Source: Heteronotia binoei
Lineage: Eukaryota
Assembly: GCF_032191835.1 (NCBI RefSeq)
Contig: NC_083227.1
Coordinates: 17,174,001-17,238,000, forward strand
Length of the DNA: 64,000 nucleotides
Direction: 5' to 3'
Shown here: positions 10,976 through 23,502 of the stretch, piece by piece
How the letters are laid out: every line of letters starts with the position of its first letter
Position numbering within the stretch: the first letter of the stretch is position 1
Made by a program: the position numbers and the translations under genes
The notes under the pieces: generated by a model
What the model saw: the letters and a program-made list of their open reading frames with translations, nothing else
Database searches by the model: none
Told to the model about the DNA's origin: nothing

Positions 10976-12779
10976 ACAAAAGGTTAACACCAGAACTGTG
11001 AACATGTGAAAGATCTTGGAGAGCTGAGGCCAGTCTGATCCTGAAAGATCAAGGAACTAATACAGTATAAGGCAGATTCTTAAGAAGAAAACAGAGCTTA
11101 AAATCAGAATGGCCTAACCGGTATCCTTTTTGTTGTATTTTTTATTTGTCTCCTTCTTCCATTTTATCTAACATCCCTGTGGGACAAGTTAGGTTGAAAT
11201 GGAGTGACTGGTTCTGGGAATCTGAACCCAAGCCTTCAAAAAAAAGACAGGGCCTTTCTGATCATGGCATCCCACTATGGAAACCCCTTGGAAGACCTGC
11301 AGTCCTAATCAGCGTGACATCCTTCTAGGTCCCTTGACTTCAATGTACTTAGCAGGATGTAACTCTGCTTTGACTTCATTTTCTTCATTTATTCAAATAT
11401 GGCTCCCCCACCATGTTCAAAACCGAGATGCCTCAGGCAGTTCCCAGTGTCAGTAACAATTAAAACAAGTGATAAAAAAGGAGAGGGAAACTAGTAATAA
11501 AGTAGTAAAAGTCTAAAAATCATGATGCGCAAATCCCACAAAATTGATACAAAAGGAACACAAGAACAATTCTAGTCAGGGGCAACAAAGAAACAGATAA
11601 CCAGACCAGGAAAAGGGCGGGGGGGGGGGGGGGTGGCTACCAAAATTCTGTGGAGAAGGAAGGATTTTCATCAGGCACCTAAAAGTCAACAAGCTGGAAG
11701 CTAAGAGAACCACTGTAGAGAGAAAATTCCAGGTGCCACTATAGAAAAGTCCCCATATCTTGTCACTAAAACTGGGCATGTAGAGCAGACAGCAGAGCCT
11801 CTGTTGCAAATCTGAAATGACAGGCAGATTCTATGGTGTGGTCCTTAGAGTCTCTGATTCCGCCAAAGCAGACCTGAGTTCAAATCTCTATTTGGCCTTG
11901 AAATGCACTGCATGGCTAAACACAGTCACTTTCTCATCAATTTACTTCACAGAGTTGGTGAGAGGTTAAAGCCAGAAAACTTTGTGCATCAAGCCCAGCT
12001 TTTCAGAGGCAAGGGCTGGATAAAAAATATTAAAGATAGCAGATGTCTTGGAATGCCTTTATGAGTATCTTACCAGGTCATGACTTATGGCATCTTAAAG
12101 GAAAATCATATACAATATAATTTTCAAACACCTGTGACTACCTGATTCCTTGCCTGTCAGTGTTTGATCAAATGCTGGCTATTTCTTTGCTCAGGGCCTT
12201 CATGGAAGGAAGGGGAGACCCCCTTGACATGGAGGATGTCTAAGGGTTGCCAGCTTTGAGTTGGGAAGTTTGTGGAGATTTAGGAATATACCCTAGGAAG
12301 AGCGGGCTTTGGGGGATGGGAGGGAATTCAGCAAGGTAAAATTCCATACAGCCCACCCCCCCCCCAGGCAGCCATTTTTTCCAGGGGCACTGTTCTTGGC
12401 CTTCTGGAGATTAGATGTAATTCCAGGACATCCAGGCGCTACCTGGAGATTGGCAACTCTATATCCAGAGTAAAAACTGTGCTGATCCATTAGGAGAAAT
12501 CTCTACCACCACCAAAACCCCATTCAGCAACAATTCCTTTTATCAGGGACTCCCCCCTTCCTTGCATCTCTGTCTCTTTGCAATGCAACTTCAGCCTCTT
12601 CTCCCCCCACCCTTTCATGACCATAGATTTCCTTTTTAGCCCCTGCACCTATTTCCTGCCCCCTTCACACTCACCTTCCCCCTGCAGTCTTTACATTCCA
12701 CGTTTCTCAGCAAAAGGTAGGGGAGCGGAGGGAGGGCAGGAAGGTGGTTTCCTCTTGTCACCCCCCTTCATAATTTTTC

Positions 12780-13000
12780 CCTAGGCCTCTCTAGGCCACG
12801 GAGCTCTCTGCACTTAACCCCTTGAGGCGCTGTGGGAAAACAAACCCGGGTGCGAGGCGAAGAAGCATCTTTACGTGGGGCGAGTCGGAAAGGACACAGA
12901 CGAATCTCACCTGGAAATACTTCTTCCTTCACATGTTTGCAGGAATCACTGGCACAAGACGTGAGGAAGGTCACTAGGGCAGGGATTATTGCCCGGAGGG
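12780..13000 (-). promoter_or_regulatory. Candidate ZF-1 promoter and non-coding first exon
   Basis: Local CpG enrichment in otherwise CpG-poor DNA and a consensus minus-strand donor CCAG|gtgaga at 12911/12910, upstream of the 10175 acceptor. Confidence 0.45.
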
Positions 13001-13194
13001 TATTTCGTCTGGATGGCCCTCATCAATCTGTTTCTGTAGCAGCAGAACAACACTGGAGTCCTGGACCAGACCATAACTTCTCCCAGGCTATAAACTTTCG
13101 TAGACCGGCACACTCAAACTGAATCACAAATCTTCTTGTGGCTAACGGATGCAGCATAAACCTTTGAAGACCAATCCAGAGGGGCACCCTAGAA

Positions 13195-13774
13195 CAAGGA
13201 TGTCAAACATTTAGCCCAGGGGCTGAATCAGGCCCCCAGAGAGCTTCTATCATGTCCCTGAGCAACTGGCTGTCCTCTGCTTCCTTCTCCCTATCTCTTG
13301 CCTTCTTCATAACAGCTTTCTTTGCAAGGCTTGCTCAATCGCACAGAAGCTACAGAGCAAAACCTCTGTTTTCTCCATTGGTTGAGGCTCCTCCCTTGAG
13401 GAGGAAGGGGTGAAGGTAGTTTATTTTTCTAGGCTCTTTCAATCATACAGCAGAGCTACTGAGCCAAGCCTCCCTCCCTTCTATTGGCTGAGGCTCCTTC
13501 CTCCCATGGGGAAGGAAGGAAAAAGCCATAGCTTACTTTCACCTGGATCCCATGGGAGAAATACAAAGAAAGCAGCTTTAAGACCAATGAGTGCTAACAT
13601 TTTAAGCATGTTTTAAGGTTTTTTAAAAAATTAATTGTGTTTGTGTCCTTCATAAAGTTTATATATTTGCTACCTAATCTTAAATAGGTACATGCCTGGC
13701 CTGACATGGCCCGGCCCAACAAGGTCTCATTTATGTCAGATCTGGCCCTCATAAAAATGAGATTGACACCCCTG
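13195..13774 (+). mobile_element. hAT (Charlie-like) non-autonomous element
   Basis: TIRs CAAGGATGTCAAAC / ATTGACACCCCTG with 8-bp TSD-like CCCTAGAA / TCCTAGAG; sister copies at 37507-38117 and 55581-58078. Confidence 0.8.
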
Positions 13775-14650
13775 TCCTAGAGATTAATTAATTGATTGAG
13801 ATCCTTAGTGATATAAACTGTCATGGACCAATCTAGTGGCACCTCAAAGCTTCTCCTGGTTAGGAACTTCCTGGACATTTTGGGGTGGAGTGCGGGGTTG
13901 CATTAGAAGAAGGACCTCAGAGAGGTATGATGCCATACAGTCCAAAGTAACAGGTTTCTGCGGGGGGACTGATCTCTTTAGTCTCTCAAGATCAATTCCA
14001 GAACTCCAGGCAGCCCTAGAAATTGGCAACTGTAATCCATTGTGGGATACAGTGCCATAGAGTCCACCCCTAAAGTATCCATTTTCTCCAGGGGACCTGA
14101 TCCCTGTTGACTTAAGATGAGCTCTGATTCCAGGAGATCAGGCCTCATTTGGAGACTTGCATCTCTAACTACTTCACACTGGCTCTCACTACATAGATTT
14201 GTGATCTAATCCAACAGAGCTTTTCTGATGTCCATTTGGGATCTAGCCTTATGACTTGATACACAGCTACTAAGGGATGAATATGCAGGTATGAACCAGC
14301 CCCTTAAGAACACCTGTATTTCTAACCAATTGGTTCCCTAAAAACCAAGACCTGGTTTACACAAATAGCAGATTGAGGTCATGGAATTCTGAAGTGCTGG
14401 GCTTAATAGGAACACTTCAGAATGCATGTGAGAATCTTTCTCTAAAGTTAAAAAGGGGGGTGGGGGGTGGAATCTCACAAGTGAAAACCGATCATATCAT
14501 AGCCTTGCTCATGATCACACAAAACTCCCTAATACTGAATTAGACCCTCAGTCCATCAAAGTCAGTATTGCCCACTCAGATTGGCAACGGCTCTCCAAGG
14601 TCTCAGACAGAATCTTTCATTCCCCTTACCACTTGGTCCTTTTTTAATTG

Positions 14651-14860
14651 GATGGTGGCTCAGTGGTAGAGCATCTGCTTGGTAAACAGAAGGTCTCGGG
14701 TTCAAACCCGGCCTCTCCAACTAAAAAGGGTGCAGGCAAATAGGTGTGAAAAACCTCAGCTTGAGACCCTGGAGAGCCGCTTCCAGTCTGAGTAGACAAT
14801 ACTGACTTTGACGGACCAAGAGTCTGATTCAGTATAAGGCAGCTTTATATGTTTATGTTT
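14651..14860 (+). mobile_element. tRNA-derived SINE with CR1-like tail (Squam2-like)
   Basis: Head GGCTCAGTGGTAGAGCATCTGC...GGTTCAAACCC (A and B boxes), body GAGACCCTGGAGAGCCGC, tail CAGTATAAGGCAGCTTTATATGTT; copies at 21257, 25545, 27806, 43825, 51997, 53390. Confidence 0.75.
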
Positions 14861-15304
14861 GAGATATGGAGGACTTATCTGGGACTTTCTAAATGCCAAG
14901 CAGATGCACTCTCATTGAGCCACAGCCCCTCCCAAGCAGAAAGCAGCACTAGCTTTCTGCTTGAAAAAGGTAAAACTTAATGGAATATTTAAAAATATAA
15001 TCTACTGAACAGGTAGTCCAGAATAGTGCCACAAGAGGATTCTGCGACCGGATGTAAAAATAAGGCCTGGTGGAAACAACTGGCCTCTGTTTTAGGTGTG
15101 CATGCCAAAGATACAAATCCCTGTGCTCAAAGGCATGGGATTATATTGCTGCAATGCTTATGCTTTAGGGTTGCCAGAATCCCCTGGCCGCCGGCAGCGG
15201 ATAGGGCAGGGTAGGGTTGCCGGACCCAGGTTGGGGAACTCCTGGAGATATGGGTATGGAACCTGGGGAGGACAGGGACCACAGTGGGGTTAAAGGCTAT
15301 AGAG

Positions 15305-15653
15305 CAAGGGTGGCCAAACTATGGCTCAGGAGCCATATGTGGCTCTTTCAAATATATTGTTTGGCTCTTGAAGCCCCCACCACCCTATTGGCCAGCTTGG
15401 AGGAGGCATTTGTCTTTTTAAATCACTTCTCCAAGCCAGCCAGTGGCTTGGAGAATACATTTAAAGTAAAGTTGCTTTCTTTCCACCTTCCCTCCCTCCT
15501 CCCTCCCCAATCTCCTTCCTTCCGTGCAGCTCTCAAGCATCTGATGTTCATGTCTTGTGGCTCTCAAACATCTGATGTTTACGTCTTGTGGCTCTCAAAC
15601 ATCCGAAATTTATTTTATGTGGCTCTTATGTTAAGCAAGTTTGGCCACCCCTG
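15305..15653 (+). mobile_element. hAT non-autonomous element nested in a TAGGGTTGCCA MITE (15165-15770)
   Basis: TIRs CAAGGGTGGCCAAACT / AGTTTGGCCACCCCTG; TSD CTATAGAG / CTATGGAG; sister copies at 46612 and 60041. Confidence 0.85.
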
Positions 15654-17614
15654 CTATGGAGTCTACCCTCCAAAGCATCCACTTTCTTCAGAGGAACTGA
15701 TTTCTGCAATCTGGAGATGAGATGCAATTCCAGGGGATCCCCAGGTCCCACCTTGGAGGCTGGCATTTCTACATGACATATATAAAAAGAAAACAACCAT
15801 CAACATACATTCATGCATTTTTATTTTAGCAGTTTATTGAATCAGCCCATGACGGGAATCTAAAACCCTTATTTCACAAAATTCTGAAAGTGTGCCCTTG
15901 CTATTTTGATTATGTTTGTCATTTGCTGTCCATCTATTCGGTATCTTTTTATCCCACATCTCTTCAAAGGAGCTCAGGGTTCTTTTCTTTACAGCAACCC
16001 TACAAGGCAGGTTAGGGTGAAAAGGAGTGATTGGCCCACGTTCACTTAGGGATAGGGTTATCCACCCACATTTATTAGAAGGAACCAAGGTCAAAACAGT
16101 GAATCATGCAGAAATGCAGGACGCTGCAGGAGTCTGAATACTGTAGGTGCGCAAGAACCTTTCTGGCAGCAAACTGAGTTTTCTCAAGGCACACAAACAT
16201 AGGGTTTCTTACTAGTGTGCATTCTCTTGTGCTGAATGAGATGTGCCAGCTGGCTGAAGTTGTACAAGCATTTACATAGCTTTTCACCTGTGTATATGTG
16301 TATGTATGTATCTACTGTCAGCCTGAGTAGGCAGTACTGACCTTGATGCACCGAGGGTCTAATTCAGTATTAGGCAGATTTACAAGTGTTAATGTAATAA
16401 GAATAATGGCTGCTTTTTTTTTTTTTTTGCAGTCTTAAATTCACAGTCATCTGCTTCTGCCTATAACCGTCTCTTTTGTAAGGGGGGGTCGGGTCATCTT
16501 CCATTCACACTCAGCTTTCTTTTGGCAAATGCAGTGTATCCTTGTTTAAAGAATGGCCAATAATCCCAGCAGTGACAGAGACACATCTCACAATTTAATA
16601 AGCATGCCATGATATTTACAAGCTCCCCCCCCCCCCTTTGGTCACAAGATTGCAAAAGACATAGTAAAGGATAACACATGAAAGATCAATTAGGAAAGGT
16701 AGAAATAACAGGGGTACCAAAAAAGAAGAGTTAATATATCCTGAATGTGCAAAGGTAGACACAGTCGTCACACTAACTAGCCAGTAGCACCCTTGATACT
16801 CTAAACAGAAACCCTTTGTGGAATATAATGTAATGGAACTGCTCATGTTTTGCAAGGAAAAACAAATGCTTTAGCTTAAAACTTCTAATTCAGACACATA
16901 TGCGCCCCTTCTAGCCCATCCCGACCCACCAAAGCAGGGTAGATAGCATCTTATTAATGCAAATAAAAGTTATATTAAAAACATGACTAACTCTAAAAAT
17001 CCCCCTCCCCAATGCAATGCAACCCCCTCCCCCACACCTGCATACACTCCATCTACAATGCTACAAAGACACTGGTGTCAAAGCAGAAGAATCTGAAGCA
17101 AGGTTGTTTTTCTTTCTTTCTTTTAGAGATCAGAGTTCTGAGCAAACATTTCAAAGTCTTTCAGCACTGAGCTTGGAATCCCAGATGCTTGAACCCAAGG
17201 TTCAAAAAACAAAAAGAAGAAAACTTTGCAGCACATTGTAAAAATATATACCGTAAATGCCAACGGAAGTTTGGGCCAGACTCTCTGGTGACCAATTTTA
17301 TGAGGAGCATTTAGACTGATGTATGTTGAGATTCTGTCTGCAGATTCCAATCGGGAATGTGCCCTGGTGTTTGTCGCCCTCTAGGGAGAAGTTCCACAAT
17401 GTAAAAGATGCAGGCCGCAGTTTGAAATTTCAGCTGAAACCAATCCCATCATTTGAGCCACTGTCCAGCTACATATCTTTACGTAACTCCTTCTGCTAGA
17501 TCCTGACCACTGAAGAACATCAGAGAACTGCTGCTACACACACACACACACACAATTCTGGGGAAATTTCTAGGTCCCATATTCAGATTCCAAGGCCAAT
17601 GGTGCAAAATCAGG

Positions 17615-17819
17615 TATTTTATTACTAAAAATTCCTTGGGAACAGGCTTCCTTGGGAGGTGGTGGGCTCCTGGAGGTTTTTAAACAAAGGCTAGATGGCC
17701 ATCTGACAGCAGTGCCAACCCTGTGAATTTAGGGGGAGGTATTTGTGAGTTTCCTGCGTTGTGCAAGGGGTTGAACTAGATGACCCTGGAGGTCCCTTCC
17801 AACTCTATGGTTCTATGAA
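17615..17819 (+). mobile_element. CR1 LINE 3' end fragment
   Basis: GGAGGTGGTGGGCTC...GCTAGATGGCCATCTGACAGC...GGTCCCTTCCAACTCTATGGTTCTATGA. Confidence 0.75.
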
Positions 17820-18079
17820 GAGATTCCTCTGATGAAGCCTGTTGGTGAAATGCATAGTGAATTTTTTTTTTAATTTCTCGCCTGTTTTGCACTGTTGTCC
17901 TTGTCCTTATCTTTTATCTCCTCTGGCTGGTGCAGCCCTTTTACTTTCTTCTTCAAACTCTGTTTGGTCTCACTGTCCCTGTAGCATACAGAACTCAGAA
18001 TCATAAAATCATAGACTTGTAAAGGGCCATACAGGCCATCTAGTCCAGCACCCTGCTCAATGCAGGATCAGATATGGTA

Positions 18080-18231
18080 AGGGCTTTTTTTTGTAGCAGG
18101 AATTCCTTTGCATATTAGGCCACACATCCCTGATGTAGCCAATCCTCCTGGAGCTTACAGTAGGCCCTGTAGGCTACATCAGGGGTGTGTGACCTAATAT
18201 GCAAAGAAGTACCTGCCACAAAAAAAGCCCT
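18080..18231. mobile_element. Palindromic MITE (AGGGCTTTTTTTGTAGCAGG family)
   Basis: Whole element is a hairpin (TTTGCATATTAGGCCACAC..GATGTAGCC / GGCTACATC..GTGTGACCTAATATGCAAA); relatives at 24008-24178 and 26358-26544. Confidence 0.75.
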
Positions 18232-18854
18232 AGATACAGTTAAGACCAGTAGTTTTCAAATCCGTGTTTTAGGTAAGCTTGCAGTTCCTAGAAATCATAC
18301 CAGTGATAAGGTCATTAATGGGGGATCTTGAAAAGTCTCTTTGGCTACCATGAACAGTTTTGTTCTTTGAAGCACTGGTTCAGCATCATTCAAGAGTACA
18401 CACAGAAAACTTGCCAATAGCTTTTGTCGACACCCCTTGTGTTTTAAATTTTAAACATTTTTAATCACAACTTCGAAACACAACATGTTTCATATGCTCC
18501 TCGTCGTGTGGAACATACCCAGAATCCTCTCTGACTTGCAGGGATTCTTCACCACACTAGTTCATACAGAAACTGTCCCTGAACACAGAGATTCTGAAAA
18601 CAACTCTTGCAGAAGAATTCTGGGAGCCTTTTGGGGAAAGCTTATCTGCTATTATTGATTTCATCACAAAGGAATCCCCAATGACCTTTCAAAAAAACCA
18701 ACAACAAACACATATCTCCCCCAAGGGTTTCTCAGAACAGATTGAAAACAAGTGACCTATATTTTTTCTACAGGCAATGCGATCCACCATGCATTTTCAA
18801 TGTTTCTGGACACTTTTAGGGTTTCAGTCCTGTATGATTTTCCTGATGCATATG

Positions 18855-19200
18855 AAGAACACAGGGAGATTCAGGACAGACAAAAGGAAGTACTTCTTCA
18901 CACAGCGCACAGTTAAAATTGTGGAAACCACTGCCACAGGATGTGGCCAACTTGGAAGGCCTTAAAAGGGGAGTTGACCAATTCATGGAGGACAGGGCTA
19001 TCAGTGGCAACTCGCTCCCTCTGGTACCAGAGACAATATGCCTCTTTGTACCAGTTGCTGGGGAGCACCAGCAGGAGGATACTGTTGCAGCCTTCCTGTT
19101 TGTGGACTTCCTAAAGGCTGGTGGTTGGCTACTGTGTGAACAGAATGCTGGACTAGATGGGCTTTTGGTCTGATCCAACAAGGTTCTTCTATGTTCTTAA
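18855..19200 (+). mobile_element. CR1 LINE 3' fragment
   Basis: Encodes GRFRTDKRKYFFTQR and ends TCTGATCCAACAAGGTTCTTCTATGTTCTTA. Confidence 0.8.
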
Positions 19201-19758
19201 CAGAGTAATTAATTCCTGATTGAAGCCCAAAAACCAACATGGTAGCAGCAAACCTGTGTTTGTAAACGTGAGTCTGTCTTAAACGGGAATTTTAGGGGCC
19301 TGATTTTGGGTTGGGCAAAGACAAGGGCTACTAAATCCTTCCATTCACCTGTGAACTATCTCCCCATGATCAGATCACCTCAGATATTTGCGTGACAAGC
19401 TTCCCCTCCTGTTTATCTCCTCATGGTCTGCCACTCCGGTCTTATCACCCCACTGGATTCACTTTGTCTGTGGCCTAATGCCTGGAACTTGGATCACCCC
19501 AGAAGACTTTGCTCCCAGCAAGACTCCATTCCCCACACTGGCAGCTTGTTACAGTCTGTCTCTCCTCTCTCCCCAACTTTTCTCCCACCTGGATTCATTT
19601 CATTCTGGCTGAAGAAAAGTGAGGAGAAATACTAAGGGAGGGAAATAAGCTGTCTTTTAAAATCAAGACCTCCACCGACACCACTTACAGCTTCCACTCT
19701 ACATGCTTTTGGGACAGGGCCATGTTGAATAAGATTGAAATTCAGCTGTCATTTGGCT

Positions 19759-21194
19759 TTAATAGGGCTGTCCTCCTGGGTGTATAATTTCTTGCTCCCC
19801 AACCGCAGAGCTATACGTGAAGCCTTCAGCACGGACTGAATGTTTTCCTCGGTGTACTTTCTTATGTTTTGTAAGGTCCGAACTAGAAATGAAGCGCTTC
19901 CCGCACTCGAAGCAACCGTATGGCTTCTCTCCTGTGTGTGTCCTCTTGTGAGTAATGAGGGACGACTTCCGGTTGAAACACTTGCCACAATCTGTGCATT
20001 TGTGTGGCTTCTCTCCTGTGTGGATTATATTATGGTTGAGAAGGTTAGAACTCGTGCTGAAGCTTTTCCCACACTGGGTGCATTGGTACAGGTTCTCTCC
20101 AGTATGGGTCCTTTTATGGGTAATAAGCGGTGCTTTCGCATTGAAGCTTTTCCCACAATCAGAGCATGTGTAGGGCTTCTCTCCTGTGTGGGTCCTCTCG
20201 TGGATGATAAGGTGGGTCCGTTGACTGAAGCTCTGCCCACAGTAGGAGCATTTATACGGCTTCTCTCCTGTGTGTACCCTCTTATGCATCATCAGGTTGG
20301 TCCGGGTGCCAAAGCCTTTCCCACACTCAGAGCATTCGTAGGGCTTCTCTCCTGTATGGATCCTCTTGTGCGCAATGAGTGAGGCAATCTGATTAAAGCT
20401 CCGGCCACATTCTGAACAATGATATGGTTTCTCACCCGTGTGGACCCTTTTGTGCCTGAGAAGCTGGGAGCTGTTGCCAAAGCTCTTTCCACAGTCAGGG
20501 CACTTGTACGGCTTCTCTCCTGTGTGGGTCCTCTCGTGCGTGATAAGGGATGACTTCCAGTGGAAGCTTTTGCCACACTCTGAGCACTTATGTGGCTTCT
20601 CTCCTGTGTGCACTATGTTGTGGTATATAAGATTCGAGCTGGTTGTGAAGCACTTCCCACACTCGGAGCACACGTACGGTTTCCCACCCGTGTGGGTCCC
20701 CTGATGCTTCAGAAGAGATGCCTTGGTGCCAAAACTTTTGCCACAGTCTGAGCACTGGTACGGCCTGTCCCCTTTTGGGAGTGTCCCCTTGTGCGGCTCA
20801 AGGGACGTTCCATTCTTGAAGGTTTTCCCGCACTGCTCACATATGTAAAATTCTTCTCCCATCTGAGTTTCCCGATTCGTGGGGAGGTCAAAAACTTCAC
20901 AGAGATTCCCACACTCTGTGCAGGTCTTTTTGCTCTTACACTGAAGCATCACCTCACTACTTGCATAAAAGGTTTTACCACCTTCTTTACAAAGAATGAC
21001 CTTCCCCTCTCCTTTCGCTGGATGATCTTCCTGCTGCCTGTCCGATGCCAACTCATTTCTGCCCTCCTCATCCTCCTTGTGAAATGGGACGGTCTTCCCT
21101 CTGGCTTTTCCCACAGAGGTCTCAAGGGGCTCTGCCTGCTCAGGTCTTTCTGGCTGAGCACTCTCCTCCTCTTTTGCCATTGTTCGATCATCAC
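19759..21194 (-). CDS. ZF-2 last exon: 11 intact C2H2 fingers preceded by 2 degenerate fingers
   Basis: Open frame; acceptor tttattccaccag|GT at 21194 (phase 1); TGEKP linkers; TAA at 19759-19761. Confidence 0.92.
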
Positions 21195-21476
21195 CTGGTG
21201 GAATAAATGGGAGGCTAATGAAATCACTTCCAAGGAGCACAAAGGACACATGAAACTGCCTTATACTGAGTCAGACCCCTGGTCCATCAAAGTCAGTATT
21301 GTCTACTCAGACTGGCAGCTGCTCTCCAGGGTTTCACACCATCTACTGTCAGATGTTTTTATTGGAGATATTGAGGATTGAACCCCCTCCCCACCAGGTA
21401 CTTTTCCTATTCACACAGGATCCACATATCTTTCCCCCTGCGAAAAAGCAGCTTGGTGAAGGTAAGGGCAGCAATT

Positions 21477-21812
21477 AAGAACATAAGAGAAGCCATTTTG
21501 GATCTGGCCAATGGCCCCACCAGTCCAACCTTCTATGTCACATGGTAGCCAAAACCCAGGTGCCATAAGAAAGTCCACAAGCGGGACCAGAATTCCAAAA
21601 GCCCTCTCACTGTTGCCCCCCAAGCACCAAGACTACAAAGCATCACTGCCCCAGACAGAATGTTCCCTCTATAGCTTGTGGCTAATTAGTCACTGATGGG
21701 CCTCTGTTCCATATGTTTATCCAATCCTGTCTTGAAGCTTCCTATGCTTGTAGCCACCACCACTTCCTGAGGCAATGAATTCCATGCATTGATTACTCTG
21801 GGTGAAGAAGTA
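21477..21812 (-). mobile_element. CR1 LINE 3' fragment
   Basis: Plus strand begins TAAGAACATAAGAGAAGCC (reverse of the CR1 tail) and continues to the ...QRVINAWNSLPQEVV-type region. Confidence 0.75.
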
Positions 21813-22053
21813 AAATTTTGACTAGGGTTCAGCTTTCTCTCTCAGCTGCTGCTCTGATCCAATCTGGAGCCTCCCACAGTTACTCTGGGTGTCCTAAGGA
21901 CAACATTCCTAGAAATCCTTTCTAAAAATGAGAGGTCAGAATCTTCTCCCAAGGGTATCAGGAATTCTACAGGCCAGTTAGCTCAAGCCACAGAAAAATC
22001 CTGAACAGAGTCATGCAATAAACTTTTACCACACTGTAAGCTCCAGGCCTTAC

Positions 22054-22180
22054 CCAGCAAACTGGTCTTCCTGTTACCCTCCTGGTCGGCATCTCTTGAG
22101 ACTGACATTTTCACAGGGTCTGACATTATCTGCTCCAATACAGAGGAACTAACAGCTGCATCTTCCACAGGTCCCGGTGC
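22054..22180 (-). CDS. ZF-2 middle exon (127 nt, degenerate KRAB-A-like)
   Basis: Acceptor tttctgcttcag|GCA, donor CTG G|gtaagg; encodes APGPVEDAAVSSSVLEQIMSDPVKMSVSRDADQEGNRKTSLL+G. Confidence 0.82.
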
Positions 22181-22809
22181 CTGAAGCAGAAATGGGGATA
22201 CAATACTGAGACATAAACAGAGACATGAAATGCCAGCAGACATGTTGAGGGCTTCTATTCTCTCCTCTTCCCACCTCAAACAGTCAGGAACTGAAAGCAG
22301 AATTTTCAACTGCCAAGTCAACCAGTCAGAGAGCTCAGTTTCCTGTCCACACAGGAAGCTGCCATAGACCAAGTCAGACCATTGGTCCATCTAGCCCAGT
22401 ATTATCTACTCTGATTGGCAGCAGCTCTCCATGGTCTCAAGCAGGAGTGTCTTTCCTGACCTTGCTAATGTCAACTGGAGGCCGAACCCAGGACCTGTAT
22501 GTGCTCTAACAGTATGGTCCTTGCCTTGAGATTGTATGTGAAGCTTCAGTATTCTGGGATGGCATGTGGGATATCTAGTCCTGTATTTTCTGTGGCAGCA
22601 GATCATCAAGGGCTTTCCCAGACCAGCCCTGCTGTCTGAGATCCTAGGGATTGAACCTGACCTTTCAATATGCAAAGCATACACTCTACCACTGAATTAC
22701 AGCCCCTTCAGAACCCACAAATCATATCGGAAAGACATAAACCAGTCCAACAGACATTCCAAGGAAGCCGGCCGCCGTTGTTTTCTCTGGGTCTCTTGGG
22801 ACAACTTAG

Positions 22810-23502
22810 CCAGAGCTTCTCAGCCTCTGGATATTTCGTCAAGAACTCTTCCGCCAGGGCCACCGCCTCAGAACAGGTCTCTGGTCCACGTTCCATGACC
22901 CAGTTCTGCATTTCCCGAGGCAGGATGGTCAGAAACTGTTCCAGGATCAACAGCTCCAGGATTCGCTCTTTAGTGTGTGTCTCGGGCTTCAGCCACTGAT
23001 GGCAAAGTTCCCAGAGTTGGCTAAAGACTTCCCGAGGCCCCTCGGCCTCCTTGTAGCAGAAATGCCTGAAGCGCTGGCGTCGCATCTCTGAGCTGATGGT
23101 GTTCTCATCGGGTATTTCTTCCTTCACTTTTACAGAGAAGTCCAGGCCTTCATAGGCCTCTGGGTTTTTGTCACCGAAGCCTACCGTGGTTTGGGTCGCA
23201 TATTCTCTCCTCGGCCAGTGGTTGACCTCAGATGTTCCTTTCAAGGAGGCCTGGAAATATTTAACATCATGGCCTGACTGGGGCAATAAGTTCTTCCATC
23301 TTGAATGAGGCACGTTCAGGAACTCTGACCACTGGGCTTCCCAGCCTTGTTGCAGCCCTTCAGTTAGTTCCTGCTTCACAGGATGTGGAACTGCTTTTCC
23401 AATCAACTTTCCAAGGGTTTCCGTTCGGACAACACCACAGCTGCTTCCACCCTCTTCCGATTTCTCCTTCTGTTTCAGGCCAGTTGTGCCCGGCTCCTCC
23501 AT
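22810..23502 (-). CDS. ZF-2 SCAN exon (intact SCAN domain; 3' boundary uncertain, frame stays open to TGA at 22708)
   Basis: Acceptor ctgcctcag| at 23523, ATG at 23502; [79 protein letters not shown] is a complete SCAN domain. Confidence 0.85.

Noticed and set aside
14380-14430. Small hairpin ATTCTGAAGTG/CACTTCAGAAT as a miRNA precursor
   Set aside because: The stem is only ~11-15 bp, too short for a pre-miRNA; more likely a MITE remnant or chance.
14651-14730. tRNA-like cloverleaf (and similar heads at 27806, 53390)
   Set aside because: It continues into a shared SINE body and CR1-like tail found in many diverged copies, so it is a SINE head and not a tRNA gene.
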